Origin: Thermoplasmata archaeon | GTDB lineage: Archaea > Thermoplasmatota > Thermoplasmata > Lutacidiplasmatales > UBA184 | NCBI GenBank assembly: GCA_022750155.1 | Contig: JAKIWG010000002.1 | Span: 20,947-84,946, forward strand | DNA: 64,000 nucleotides | Reading direction: 5' to 3' | Shown: positions 29,503-39,500 of the stretch, piece by piece | Layout of the letters: the number at the start of each line of letters is the position of its first letter | Numbering within the stretch: position 1 is the first letter of the stretch | The notes under the pieces: generated by a model | Databases searched by the model: none | Seen by the model: only the letters and a program-made list of their open reading frames with translations | Told to the model about the DNA's origin: nothing | Made by a program: the position numbers and the translations under genes

Positions 29503-30429
29503 ATGAAGCACGTCGGGAGGGAGCGTGTCGCGACGGCGACCCGGCACAACGTATTTCCCCCGCCCCGGCTCATTCTACCGCGCGTGGCGGTCAAGTTTCA
29601 GGCGCGGGTAGACAAGATCCTCGCCGCACGCGACTCGCTGTTGTGCGTCGGGCTCGACCCGGACCCGGCCCAGTTCCCCAAGCCGCTCCACCGCTTGGCG
29701 CCGGCGACCGCGCTCACCAAGTTCGTGGACGGGATCGTCACGGCCACGCTTCCCCACGCCGCGGCGTACAAGATGCAGTTCGGCTCGTACCTGGCATTCG
29801 GTCCGCCGGGATTCGCCGTCCTCGCCAAGCTGGTCCGCCGCATCGGGCCGACCCGGCTTCGGATCCTCGACCTCAAAGCGAACGATATCGGGAACACGAT
29901 GCGCCTGATCCGGGTGGGGGCGTTCGATGCATTCGGGTTCGACGCGGTGACGATCACCCCGTGGCTCGGATGGGAGACGCTCGAGCCGTTTCTCGCCGAC
30001 GGCACGCACGGTTTCTTCGTCGTCGCCCACTCCTCGAACCCGGGCGCTCCGGACTTTCAGGAGATCCCCACCCCCCGGGGCCCTCTCTGGCTGGCGGTCT
30101 GCGCCGAGGTGCGGCGGTTCGCCTCGGCGAACGGGAATGCCGGCGTGGTGGTCGGGGCGACCTACGCAGACGCGATCCGGCTCGCTCGCCAGACCCTGGG
30201 GAATGGCGTCCCGATCCTCGTGCCGGGGGTGGGGGCGCAGGGCGGCCAGCTCTCGACCACCGTGCGCGAGGGCGTCGACGCCCGGGGGCGCGCCTTGCTG
30301 GTCTCGGCGTCCCGAAGCATCCTGTTCGCGTCGAATGGGGCGGACTGGAAGAAGGCCGCGGGGACCGAGGCCAAGCGGCTGAAGTTGCAGATCAACCAGC
30401 TTCGCTCAGGGATCGGTACAGCGCGATGA
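29503..30429 (+). CDS. pyrF: Orotidine 5'-phosphate decarboxylase (type 2)
   Basis: LCVGLDPD motif, the ...LDLKANDIGNT lysine region and the overall length. Confidence 0.75.
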   Translation: MKHVGRERVATATRHNVFPPPRLILPRVAVKFQARVDKILAARDSLLCVGLDPDPAQFPKPLHRLAPATALTKFVDGIVTATLPHAAAYKMQFGSYLAFGPPGFAVLAKLVRRIGPTRLRILDLKANDIGNTMRLIRVGAFDAFGFDAVTITPWLGWETLEPFLADGTHGFFVVAHSSNPGAPDFQEIPTPRGPLWLAVCAEVRRFASANGNAGVVVGATYADAIRLARQTLGNGVPILVPGVGAQGGQLSTTVREGVDARGRALLVSASRSILFASNGADWKKAAGTEAKRLKLQINQLRSGIGTAR

Positions 30430-31525
30430 GCTGCCCGGCCACCGTCGGCAGCCCGTAGCGCTCCTCGGCGCGTTTCCGCGCCGCGGCACCCATCCGCCGT
30501 CGGCGGGCCGGGTCGTCGAGGAGCTCGAGGATCTTCGCCCCCAGGTCGCCGCCGATGAGCGGCTCGGCGAGGAGTCCTTCCTTGCCGGGCTCGATCACCT
30601 CGCGGACCCCGGGCATGTCGGCGGTCACCACCGGTAGGCCGGAGGCCATCGCCTCCGCGACCGCCAACCCGAACCCTTCCAGGCGATTCTGGCTCGGAAA
30701 GACGAACAGGTCCGCCGCGCACAGGTAGGTAGGGAGCTCCGCGTCGCTCACCTCGGCGCAGAACCGGACTCGGTCCAGCACGCCGAGCCGCGCGGCGAGG
30801 CTCTGCAGCCCGGCGAGGCGGGGACCCCGCCCCACGATCAGCGCCGTGACGTCGTCCGGGAGCGCCGGCAGCGTCCGCAGGAGCACTTCGATCCCCTTGT
30901 GGGGGACCAGGCGGCCGGTGAAGGCGAGCACGCGCTTGCCGTCGAGGTCCAGCCGCTGCTTGAGTTCCGTCGCGCCGACCCCGGGTCGGAACCGATCCAG
31001 GTCGACGGACGACGGAATGATCTCGAGCGCACGGCCGCGCAGCGGCGCCGACGTGAGCCCGTAGCTTCGGGTGTGGACGATCACCCGGTCCACCCCCTCC
31101 AGCGTCGGCGGGAGCAGCAGCTTCTCGTACAGCCGGGTCGCGAGTCGGCCGAGCGCCCCGGAGATGTAGAGGTCGCAATGGTAGGTGAGGCAGACCGGCA
31201 CCTTGCGATTTCGGAGACCCCGTACTGCGAAATAGGAGGTGAGCGGGGGCGGATAGTGAAGGTGGACGATGTCGGGCGTCAAGGCGCGAATCGCCCGGCC
31301 CACGCCGTAGTCGATCGGGGTGTTGAGCACGACCCCGAGCGACTTCGCCCGCAGGACCCTAACGCCGTCGACCTCCTCCTCGGCCGGGAGCCCGCGATGA
31401 TGGCGGGAGGTGAGCACCGTCACCTCGTGGCCTTGCCGGACGAACTCTCCGGCGATCGCGCGGACGTGCGATTCGACGCCCCCCGCGTGCGGGTGGTAGA
31501 ACGGGGTCACCTGGAGAATGCGCAC
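30392..31525 (-). CDS. GT4-family glycosyltransferase
   Basis: GT-B fold with E...E motifs (EGFGLAVAEAMASGLPVV). Confidence 0.8.
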   Translation of the reverse strand: MRILQVTPFYHPHAGGVESHVRAIAGEFVRQGHEVTVLTSRHHRGLPAEEEVDGVRVLRAKSLGVVLNTPIDYGVGRAIRALTPDIVHLHYPPPLTSYFAVRGLRNRKVPVCLTYHCDLYISGALGRLATRLYEKLLLPPTLEGVDRVIVHTRSYGLTSAPLRGRALEIIPSSVDLDRFRPGVGATELKQRLDLDGKRVLAFTGRLVPHKGIEVLLRTLPALPDDVTALIVGRGPRLAGLQSLAARLGVLDRVRFCAEVSDAELPTYLCAADLFVFPSQNRLEGFGLAVAEAMASGLPVVTADMPGVREVIEPGKEGLLAEPLIGGDLGAKILELLDDPARRRRMGAAARKRAEERYGLPTVAGQLIALYRSLSEAG

Positions 31526-31599
31526 GGTTCGCTGACCGACTCCGCGCTCTTACCAGCACCGCTCGCGAGGGGAGGCCGCCGGGCCCCGGGCACGCACGC

Positions 31600-32532
31600 C
31601 TACGGTCCGCTGGTCCCGGCGGGGGATGCGCGGGACTCCCGGGTCTGCATGAGTTCGGACGAGGGAAGGTTCTGGATGTCGAGCCCCCGCATCGCCTCGC
31701 CGAGACCGGTCGAGATCTTCGCGAGGTACGCCGCGTCCTCGAAATGGAGGGAGGCCTCGACGATCGCGCGCGCGACCTTGATCGGATGCTCGGCCTTGAA
31801 GATCCCGCTGCCGACGAAGACGCCATCGACTCCCAACAGCCGGCAGAGCGCGGCGTCCGCCGGCGTGGCGATGCCGCCCGCGGCGAAGTTCACGACCGGC
31901 AGGCGGCCGAGCTTCTGGACCTCGAGTACGAGCGCCTCGGGCACCCGCTCGTGGGCCGCCCACGCGCCAATCTCCTTCTTGGGCATCTTCTGGAGGTCGG
32001 CGACCTCGCTACCGATCTGGCGGATGTGACGGATCGCCTCGACGACGTTGCCCGTGCCGGCTTCTCCCTTGGTGCGGATCATCGCCGCCCCCTCGTCGAC
32101 ACGTCGGAGCGCTTCGCCCAGATTGCGAGCACCGCAGACGAACGGCACCTTGAACGACTTCTTCTCGACGTGCCGGAACGGGTCGGCGGGCGTCAGCACC
32201 TCCGATTCGTCGACCATGTCGACCTTCAGGGCCTCGAGGATCCGCGCCTCGGCCGTGTGGCCGATCCGGCACTTGGCCATCACCGGGATCGAGACCCGCT
32301 CGCGGATCTCGCGGATCTTGTTCGGGTCGGCCATCCGGGCCACCCCCCCCAACGCTCGGATGTCGGCGGGAACCCGCTCGAGCGCCATCACGGCCACCGC
32401 GCCGGCCTCCTCCGCGGTCGCCGCCTGGTCGGCGGTGGTGACGTCCATGATGACGCCCCCCTGCTGCATCTTGGCGAACCCGCGCTTGAGGAGTTCGGTG
32501 CCGAAACGGAGCTTCAAACTGGCGTCGGACAT
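31600..32532 (-). CDS. pdxS: Pyridoxal 5'-phosphate synthase subunit PdxS
   Basis: [18 protein letters not shown] and [17 protein letters not shown] motifs; the internal ATG (MSDASLKLR) is taken as the start. Confidence 0.9.
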   Translation of the reverse strand: MSDASLKLRFGTELLKRGFAKMQQGGVIMDVTTADQAATAEEAGAVAVMALERVPADIRALGGVARMADPNKIREIRERVSIPVMAKCRIGHTAEARILEALKVDMVDESEVLTPADPFRHVEKKSFKVPFVCGARNLGEALRRVDEGAAMIRTKGEAGTGNVVEAIRHIRQIGSEVADLQKMPKKEIGAWAAHERVPEALVLEVQKLGRLPVVNFAAGGIATPADAALCRLLGVDGVFVGSGIFKAEHPIKVARAIVEASLHFEDAAYLAKISTGLGEAMRGLDIQNLPSSELMQTRESRASPAGTSGP

Positions 32533-32624
32533 CGTCAGGGCCGCCGACGCGGAACGCGTATAAGAGATTGGGTACCGCTCGAAGTTCCTGACGGAAACAG
32601 GTAAGAGGGTCCGGGCCATGGCGC

Positions 32625-32720
32625 CCGATGCTGGGGGAGCTGTGACTCGGCTGAGAGGACGGGAGCCGCCCGTCGACCCCACGAACCTGATCGGGGTAAT
32701 GCCCGCGAAGGGAACGCGAT
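32625..32720 (+). promoter_or_regulatory. TPP (THI-box) riboswitch in the 5' leader of the ABC transporter operon, with a TATA box near 32559-32567
   Basis: The sequence reads CTGGGGGAGC...GGCTGAGAGG...CGACCCCACGAACCTGATCGGGGTAATGCCCGCGAAGGGAAC. This matches the conserved THI element: CUGGGG, CUGAGA, ACCC and GAACCUGAUC.GGUAAUGCC.GCG.AGGGAA. Confidence 0.75.
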
Positions 32721-32758
32721 GTGCGACCTAACAGCTCCCGCCCGCGCCTGGCGGGGTC

Positions 32759-33943
32759 ATGGGTAGTTCGAAGGCGGGAACGCACGCCGAAACGCCTCGA
32801 CCCCGTCGGCGGAGCGCCGGCCAGACCGGCCGCGCCATCGCCGCCGTGGCCGTGGCCCTCCTCGTCGCGCTCGGTGCGTACGGCGGGTGGGCGTACCTCC
32901 TCGAGCATCCGGCGAACGGTCGCCCCACGCTGGTGATCTACGCCTACTCGAGCCTGTTCAACAACAATTGCGCGAGCACGACGCCGGTGTATGATGCCGT
33001 CTTCGGCGAGTTTGCCCGCTCCCACGGAGTCAATGTGGAGCTCACCTGTCCCGGCGGGACGCTCGTCAGCACGCTGGTCGCGGAGAAGAGCGCCCCCGGG
33101 GCGGACCTCGTGATCGGGCTCGACGAGCTGACCGGGCCCCAGGCGGATTCGGCCGGCGTATTGACGCCCTACCTGTCCCCCGAGCTCGCCCACGTCCCCG
33201 CGGAGCTCGTGAACGGCCTCGCCCCCGACCACACGCTCACGCCGTACGAGTCCGGCTATCTGGCGATCGACTACAACGACTCCTTCGCGCTCCAGACCGG
33301 GGGCGCCGTGGCGCGGAGCGCCTTTCCGGATTTCGTGCAGAATTCCACGTGGGCGAAGGGGTTGGTCGTCGAGAACCCCACGACGGACATCACGGGGGAG
33401 GAGTTCCTCGCATGGCAGGTCGAGTTCTACTCGCAGGTGCTGCACCAGGACTGGCACTCTTTCTGGCGGAGTGTGGACGCCAACCACCTCCCGACCGCCC
33501 CGGATTGGACGACCGCGTTCAACGAGTTCTCCCAGGCGAGCGGGAATCCGCCGATGGTCGTCAGCTACGCCACGGACCCGGCGTACTACGTCTACACGTA
33601 CAACGCCACTTCCCCGTTCCACGCCACCCTCTCCTACTGGAACGGGACGTTCTACGGATGGAAGACGACGTACGGCCTGGGAATCGTCCGCGGAAGCAGC
33701 CACACGACGCTCGACCAGGAGTTCATCGACTGGTTCCTCCAGGGAAACGTCCAGTCCGAGATCCCGCTCAATGAATGGGAGTATCCGGCCAACGCCACGA
33801 CGCCGCTGCCCTCCGTGTACGCGAACGCCTTCCTCCCGAGCGGGGTCGTGGCGCTCAACAACGGGACCACCCCGGGCGCCGTGGCGTCGGCCCTGCCTGG
33901 CTGGCTCGACGACTGGCAATCGATGGAGAACGCGGCCGGCTGA
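32759..33943 (+). CDS. ABC transporter substrate-binding protein (thiamine / iron(III)-type, TbpA-like)
   Basis: N-terminal signal anchor, a periplasmic-binding-protein fold, and its position downstream of the TPP riboswitch. Confidence 0.75.
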   Translation: MGSSKAGTHAETPRPRRRSAGQTGRAIAAVAVALLVALGAYGGWAYLLEHPANGRPTLVIYAYSSLFNNNCASTTPVYDAVFGEFARSHGVNVELTCPGGTLVSTLVAEKSAPGADLVIGLDELTGPQADSAGVLTPYLSPELAHVPAELVNGLAPDHTLTPYESGYLAIDYNDSFALQTGGAVARSAFPDFVQNSTWAKGLVVENPTTDITGEEFLAWQVEFYSQVLHQDWHSFWRSVDANHLPTAPDWTTAFNEFSQASGNPPMVVSYATDPAYYVYTYNATSPFHATLSYWNGTFYGWKTTYGLGIVRGSSHTTLDQEFIDWFLQGNVQSEIPLNEWEYPANATTPLPSVYANAFLPSGVVALNNGTTPGAVASALPGWLDDWQSMENAAG

Positions 33944-35550
33944 TGCGGCGACCGGAGCCGGGGCTCGCGGGGCTCGTTCCGCTGCTGCTCTTCGTCGGCG
34001 GATTCGCCCTCCTCCCACCGGTCCTCCTGTTCCTGATGGCGTGGAGCGCCGAGGGCGGCGCCACCGGGCTCTCCCAGCTTCTCGGCGACCCTCTGAACCA
34101 GGCTGCGATCGCCAACTCCCTCGTCCAGGGCGGGTTGAGCGCGGCGGCGGCCGTCGCGGTGGGCTATCCCGCCGGGGTGTTCCTCGGTCGGTACCAGTTC
34201 AAGGGTCGGGACGCGGTGCTCGCGCTGTTCTCGGTGCCGTTCCTCCTGCCCACGCTCGTGGTCGTCGCCGGCGTCGAGGACCTGTTCGGGCCGCTCGGTA
34301 TCGTACGCGCGGTCGCGCCGAGCCTCGGGTTCCTGGGCGACGGCCTCGGCGGGATCCTCCTCGTGAACGTCTGCTTCAACCTCCCGCTCGTGGCGCTGTT
34401 GACCGCCGTGGGGGTGGAGAGTGCGGACTCCCGGCGGGAGGAGGCCGTGGCCGTGCTCGGCGGAGGGCCCGGGAGGTCGTACCTCGAGGTCTGGGGACCG
34501 CCCTCGTGGGTCGGGGCGGGCGCCGGCGCCTTGCTCACTTTCCTGTTCTCGGCGATGGCGTTCGCAGCGCCGCTCCTCGTATGCGGCCCCCGTTGTTACA
34601 CCCTGGAGGCTCGGATCTTCACCCTCGACCAGCAGCTCGTGCAGCCGGGGGCGGCCGGCCTGCTCGCGTTGAGCGCGGTGATGCTCCTCGCCCTCCCCAC
34701 GCTGTCCTACCTGTGGCTCGTGACCCGATTGCGGGAGCGAAGGTCGGCGAGCGAACCCGCCCTGCGGCCGGTCCCATGGGGTCGGCCCGTGGGACTCGCC
34801 CTGGCGGCGGCTACTGGCGCCGTCGTCGTATTGATCGGGAGCCTCGCCGCGGCGGTCGGGTTCCGGGCGCTCCATCCGGCCGCCGGGGGCCAGGGCGGGC
34901 TGTTCAGTCCCGAGGTGACCCAGCGTTTGGGCATCTCCAGTGTCGGCGCCCTCGGAAACACCCTGTTCTTCGCCGCCGGTGCCGCGGTCGTGGCCGTGCT
35001 CCTCGGGATCCTGGCCGGCTTCCTGATGCGCACCTACCCCCCTCTCGCCCGACCCGTCCAGCTCCCGCTGTTCCTACCGCTCCTCGTTTCGCCGGTCATC
35101 CTCTCGTTCTCGGTCGCTGAATTCTGGCGGCCCCTGCTCGGAGGGGAATCGGACGTCTGGTTCCTGATCCTCCTGAGTCAGGCCACGCTCGCCCTCCCGT
35201 TCGCGACGCAGAGCCTTTGGGTCGGCCTGCGTCGCGTGCCGGCGTCGTACGGCGAAGGCGCGCGCACCCTCGGCGCACGCCCGATGACCGCCTATCTGGA
35301 CGCGGAACTCCCGCTGGTCCGGGGCGCGCTGCTGGCGGCCGCGGTCTTCGCGTTCGCCCTCGGGCTCGGGGAATTCACGGCCACCTACTTTCTCGCCACC
35401 CCGAGGTTCTCGACGTGGACGGTCGAGCTGTACCACCTTCAATCCCTGCGGGAGTACGCCGCGGCGGACCAGCTGGCGTTCGCCTTGCTGCTGCTGAGCT
35501 TCGTGAGCTTCCTCGGGTTGCTCGTGGGAGGTCGGCGTGTCCGGTTCTGA
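33943..35550 (+). CDS. ABC transporter permease (duplicated 6-TM, ThiP-like)
   Basis: 12 TM segments with two EAA-like loops; an ATGA overlap joins it to the substrate-binding protein gene. Confidence 0.75.
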   Translation: MRRPEPGLAGLVPLLLFVGGFALLPPVLLFLMAWSAEGGATGLSQLLGDPLNQAAIANSLVQGGLSAAAAVAVGYPAGVFLGRYQFKGRDAVLALFSVPFLLPTLVVVAGVEDLFGPLGIVRAVAPSLGFLGDGLGGILLVNVCFNLPLVALLTAVGVESADSRREEAVAVLGGGPGRSYLEVWGPPSWVGAGAGALLTFLFSAMAFAAPLLVCGPRCYTLEARIFTLDQQLVQPGAAGLLALSAVMLLALPTLSYLWLVTRLRERRSASEPALRPVPWGRPVGLALAAATGAVVVLIGSLAAAVGFRALHPAAGGQGGLFSPEVTQRLGISSVGALGNTLFFAAGAAVVAVLLGILAGFLMRTYPPLARPVQLPLFLPLLVSPVILSFSVAEFWRPLLGGESDVWFLILLSQATLALPFATQSLWVGLRRVPASYGEGARTLGARPMTAYLDAELPLVRGALLAAAVFAFALGLGEFTATYFLATPRFSTWTVELYHLQSLREYAAADQLAFALLLLSFVSFLGLLVGGRRVRF

Positions 35551-36532
35551 CCTGCTCCGCGTCGAGGGGCTCTCCTCCGCCTGGGGAGCGACTCCGGTCC
35601 TTAGGAACGTCACCTTCCGCGTCACCGAGGGCGAGTTCCTCGCGCTCATGGGCCCGAACGGCAGTGGAAAGACGACCCTGCTCCGGCTGATCGCCGGCCT
35701 CGACCGGGCGGTTTCCGGGAGCATCCGGCTGCGCGGAGCGTCCCTCGACGGGGTGCCCGCCCACCGGCGCGGCATCGGGCTCCTGTTCCAGGACCCGGAC
35801 CTGTTTCCGAACCGCTCGGTGTGGGAGAACGTCGCCTACGGTCCCCAGGTCCAGAAGATGTCCTCCCGGGCGGTCGAAGCGCGGGTGGAGGAGATGCTCG
35901 AACTGCTGCGGCTCCGACCGCTGGCGGACCGGCGGCCGGATCAGCTCTCCGGCGGCGAGCGGCAGCGGGCGGCCCTCGCCCGAACGCTCGCGCCCCAACC
36001 CGCGCTCGTGCTGCTCGACGAGCCGTTCGCCTCCGTCGATGCCGAAATACGGCTCGAGCTCCGCGCGGAGTTCCGAAAGGTGCTCGCCCAGCGCCGAACC
36101 GCCGCGATCCTCGTCACCCACGACCGGGAGGAGGCCTTGTTCCTGGGGGATCGGGTGGCCGTCCTCCTCGAAGGGGAGCTCCGGCAGACGGGTTCGGCCG
36201 AAGGCCTCCACCGCCACCCCGCCGACGAGGAGGTGGCGCGGTTCCTCGGCTACAATGTGATCGAACTCGACGGGGCCTGGCACGCGGTCGACCCGTTCGA
36301 TCTGGAAGTCGCGGACGGTGGGACCGGGGGAATCGAAGTCGAGGTCGTGGCTTCGGGTTGGTCCCATCGGGGTCGAAGCGTCCTGGTCCGGGCGCCGGGG
36401 GGGGCGGTCTGGCAGATGTTCACCGCGTCCGATGCACCCCCGACCGAGGTGGGGAGTTCGCTCCGGATCCGGTGGCAGCGGGCCGTCCGCCTTGGGACAA
36501 GAGGGGTCCTAGACCAATCTCATATGGAGTGA
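35537..36532 (+). CDS. ABC transporter ATP-binding protein
   Basis: Walker A GPNGSGKTT, LSGGERQR signature, Walker B LLLDEP, and a C-terminal TOBE-like domain. Confidence 0.85.
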   Translation: MSGSDLLRVEGLSSAWGATPVLRNVTFRVTEGEFLALMGPNGSGKTTLLRLIAGLDRAVSGSIRLRGASLDGVPAHRRGIGLLFQDPDLFPNRSVWENVAYGPQVQKMSSRAVEARVEEMLELLRLRPLADRRPDQLSGGERQRAALARTLAPQPALVLLDEPFASVDAEIRLELRAEFRKVLAQRRTAAILVTHDREEALFLGDRVAVLLEGELRQTGSAEGLHRHPADEEVARFLGYNVIELDGAWHAVDPFDLEVADGGTGGIEVEVVASGWSHRGRSVLVRAPGGAVWQMFTASDAPPTEVGSSLRIRWQRAVRLGTRGVLDQSHME

Positions 36533-36548
36533 TGGTTCCTCCCGGGCG

Positions 36549-39500
36549 GTGTCCCGAGAACCCCCTCGTCGGATCGGTTGGCCACGGTGGGGCCCTGTCG
36601 CCATCGTGCTGATCTTTCTCCTGAGCGTCCTCCCGATGCCCTCCGGTTTCCTGGCCAACGGCCCGGGGCTCACGCCGGCGCGCGAGCACCCGGTCGCAGC
36701 CCCCGCCGCGCCCCGTGCCGGATCCCACGTCCTGTCTCACCCGTTGCCGAACCAGCCCGCCCCTGTGTTCCACGGACTCGCCCAGGGCGCGTACCGGTCG
36801 AACGGCGTCACTCCCGCGTCCTGGGGCGGTTCCAAGTTGCCCCCGGGGGCCCCGATCCCCAGGAACCTCCTCTCGCATCCGGCCAACTGGTCGGACCCCA
36901 ACGGCTCCGGCATCAACTGGACGGCGCTCGCCAAGTTCTGCTACGGCGTCTGGCCGACCGGGGGCGGGCAGGCGCAGTACCTCGCCAACTGCTACGGCCA
37001 CGATGAGCCGGGCCTCGATCCCTACTCGAACCTGCCGGGCAGCGGCGGCAACGTCAGCTGGAACATCACGCTCCCGACGGGCCGCAACGACACCGAGATC
37101 CAGTCGGCCCTCTACTCCGCGATCTGGTTCGGAATGGTGCTCACGGACCCCTACGCATGGATGGACCAATGTTTCCTGGAGCTCCAGTTCTACCCGGACA
37201 GCAGCTGGGGGCTGTCGCAGGGCAGCGCCGGGAACTGGGTGGGGGCGGCCGTCGCCTGGCAGATTGAAGCCGCCACCGGCGCCGAGGACCCGTGCTTCTA
37301 CCAGCAGCTCACCGTGCAGGGCTCCTCGAACTATTTCAACATGTTCGGCGGCGACAACATCCGCGTCACGATGACGGGCTGGATCGGATCCCCGTACGGC
37401 GAGAACCTCACCATCACCGATGTCACCGGCGGCGGCACGTCGTTCGTCAACCTGTACAACTCGGCATTGTACTACCCCCTCGACCCGTCCTACCTCACGT
37501 CCAGCTTCCCCAACGCCCTGCAGTGGACCCCGGGAGGCGAGCTGCCCGTTTCCTTCGCGTTCGAGACGGGTCACTCCAACTCGAACTTCCCGAACACCAA
37601 CCAGTACGGGGGGTGCAGCGCCGGCCCTCCCCCGCCGACCCCCACGAATCCGTCGGTGCCCTGCCCGAGCTACGACCCCGGCAGCTGGGCGAACGATACC
37701 GTCACCCCGTGGCTGATCCAGCCTCCCGTCTTCTTCAACGCCACCGCCCGGGAGACCGCGACGCAGGTGGGGTTCACCCAGGATTTCGCCGCGATCCTGT
37801 TCATCGACGGGATCAGCAACGGCGCGTGCCTCGGCCGCGACGGATCGGCCTGGTGCTCGTACCCCTGGTACAGCTTCTCGTGCCTTTGGAATGCCTTCGA
37901 GTTCGGCGCCACCGACTACCCTGGCGTGACCCGGGACTTCGGGAAGTACAACGAGTACCCCCGCCCGTTCCTCACCGATAGCGCGAATCTGGGCTACTAC
38001 CCCCCGGGGAACTTTTCGGTCCCCGGGTGCGCGAGCCCCACCTATTCTATCGTAATCGGAGCCCTCGGCGGGAGCGGTGCCGGTACCGCCCGCCTCCTCG
38101 GCACGGGGACGACCACCTCGTCGAACGTCACCGGTCTCACGGTCGGCCAGTATGCGCTGAGTGCCGAACCGAGCCCGGGGTATCGGCTGATCCACTGGGT
38201 CACCACCGGAGGGGCGAGCGTCGACTTCACGAACAGTCCGTGGGCTTCCCTCAACGTGACCGGCAATGGGAGCGTCACGGCCGTGTTCGGCCCGATCACC
38301 GCCGGCACCGTGACGATCCATTTCGTCGACGAACGGGGATGGGGTTGGCAGGCCATCGGTCCGGGCCTGCTCTACGACCCGGTCCCCTCGACCAAGAGCC
38401 TCGGGGTCAACGGGTCGATCACCCTCTTGCCTGGAGTCTATTCGATCCTCGGGTACGCGAAACCCGGATTCAACTTCACCGCTTGGCAGTCCAACAACTC
38501 CGGAGCCAGCGTGGCGGCCGATGGGTTCCCGTACACCTGGCTGGTGGTGACGGGATCGACGAGCGTCGTCCGGATCAATGTCACGTTCACCCCGAGCTTC
38601 GCGAACGCATCGGTCACGATCTCCTGGTTCGGGGCCACCGGGGCGGTCACGTTCAACGGCCAGTCGGTAGGGAACGGCGCCGGGTTCAGCCTCGCGGTCG
38701 GCACGTACCCCCTCGTGGCCACCCCCTCGAGCGGAAACGCGGTCGGGTACATCAGCGCGGGCGGCATCGGCATCGTGCTCGACCAGCACGACGCGACGAA
38801 TGTCACGGTGGAGGCGGGGTTCGTTTCGATCGTGGTCATGTTCGACCTGGCCGCGACGGTCACCGTCGCCACCGCCGGAGGGGATGGCAACGTGTCGATC
38901 GACGGTCTCCCGTTCGCCGGAAACCATTCGGCGGTGGTCCTGCCCGCGATCTTCGCCCCGGGGGAGTTCACCCTCTACGCCACCGAACCCACCGGGAAGG
39001 CGTTCTCCCGCTGGACGGTCGCCAACCCGGCGGACCTGTGGGTCGTCAATCCCAACGCCGCCGTCACCGCGATCTGGGTCAACACCTCGTCGACCCTCAC
39101 CGCGCATTACGTCCCCGCGGCCTCGCTCTATCCGGTCGTGATCCGGATCTCGCCCGCGGGGTCGGGTTCCGTCTCCCTCGACGGAGGGCCATGGACCACC
39201 ACCTCCCCGTGGTTTCTCAATCTCTCGGCCGGCGCCCACCTCTTGGAGGTCACCCCCGGGTCGATGTACGTCGCGTCCTGGACCTCCGCGGGGGGGCTCA
39301 CCCATTCGGCGCCGCCCTCCGTGTATCCCGTGGGCGCCCAGCTCCTAGGCGTCGGCACCAAGCCGGGCTGGCTGAATGGCACGTTCACCCGGCCATCGGG
39401 GGTGTACTTCCCAGTGACGATCGTCGCCGAAGACGCGACCGGGAAGGTCAAGATCGACGGGGTCGCCCGCCCCAACGGGGGGACGATCGTCCTCCTCCCG

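Noticed and set aside
36420-39305. 961-aa minus-strand ORF antisense to the PKD surface protein
   Set aside because: Same artefact: RGD/RP-rich, with no domain signatures, and the sense strand has unmistakable PKD repeats and a TM anchor.
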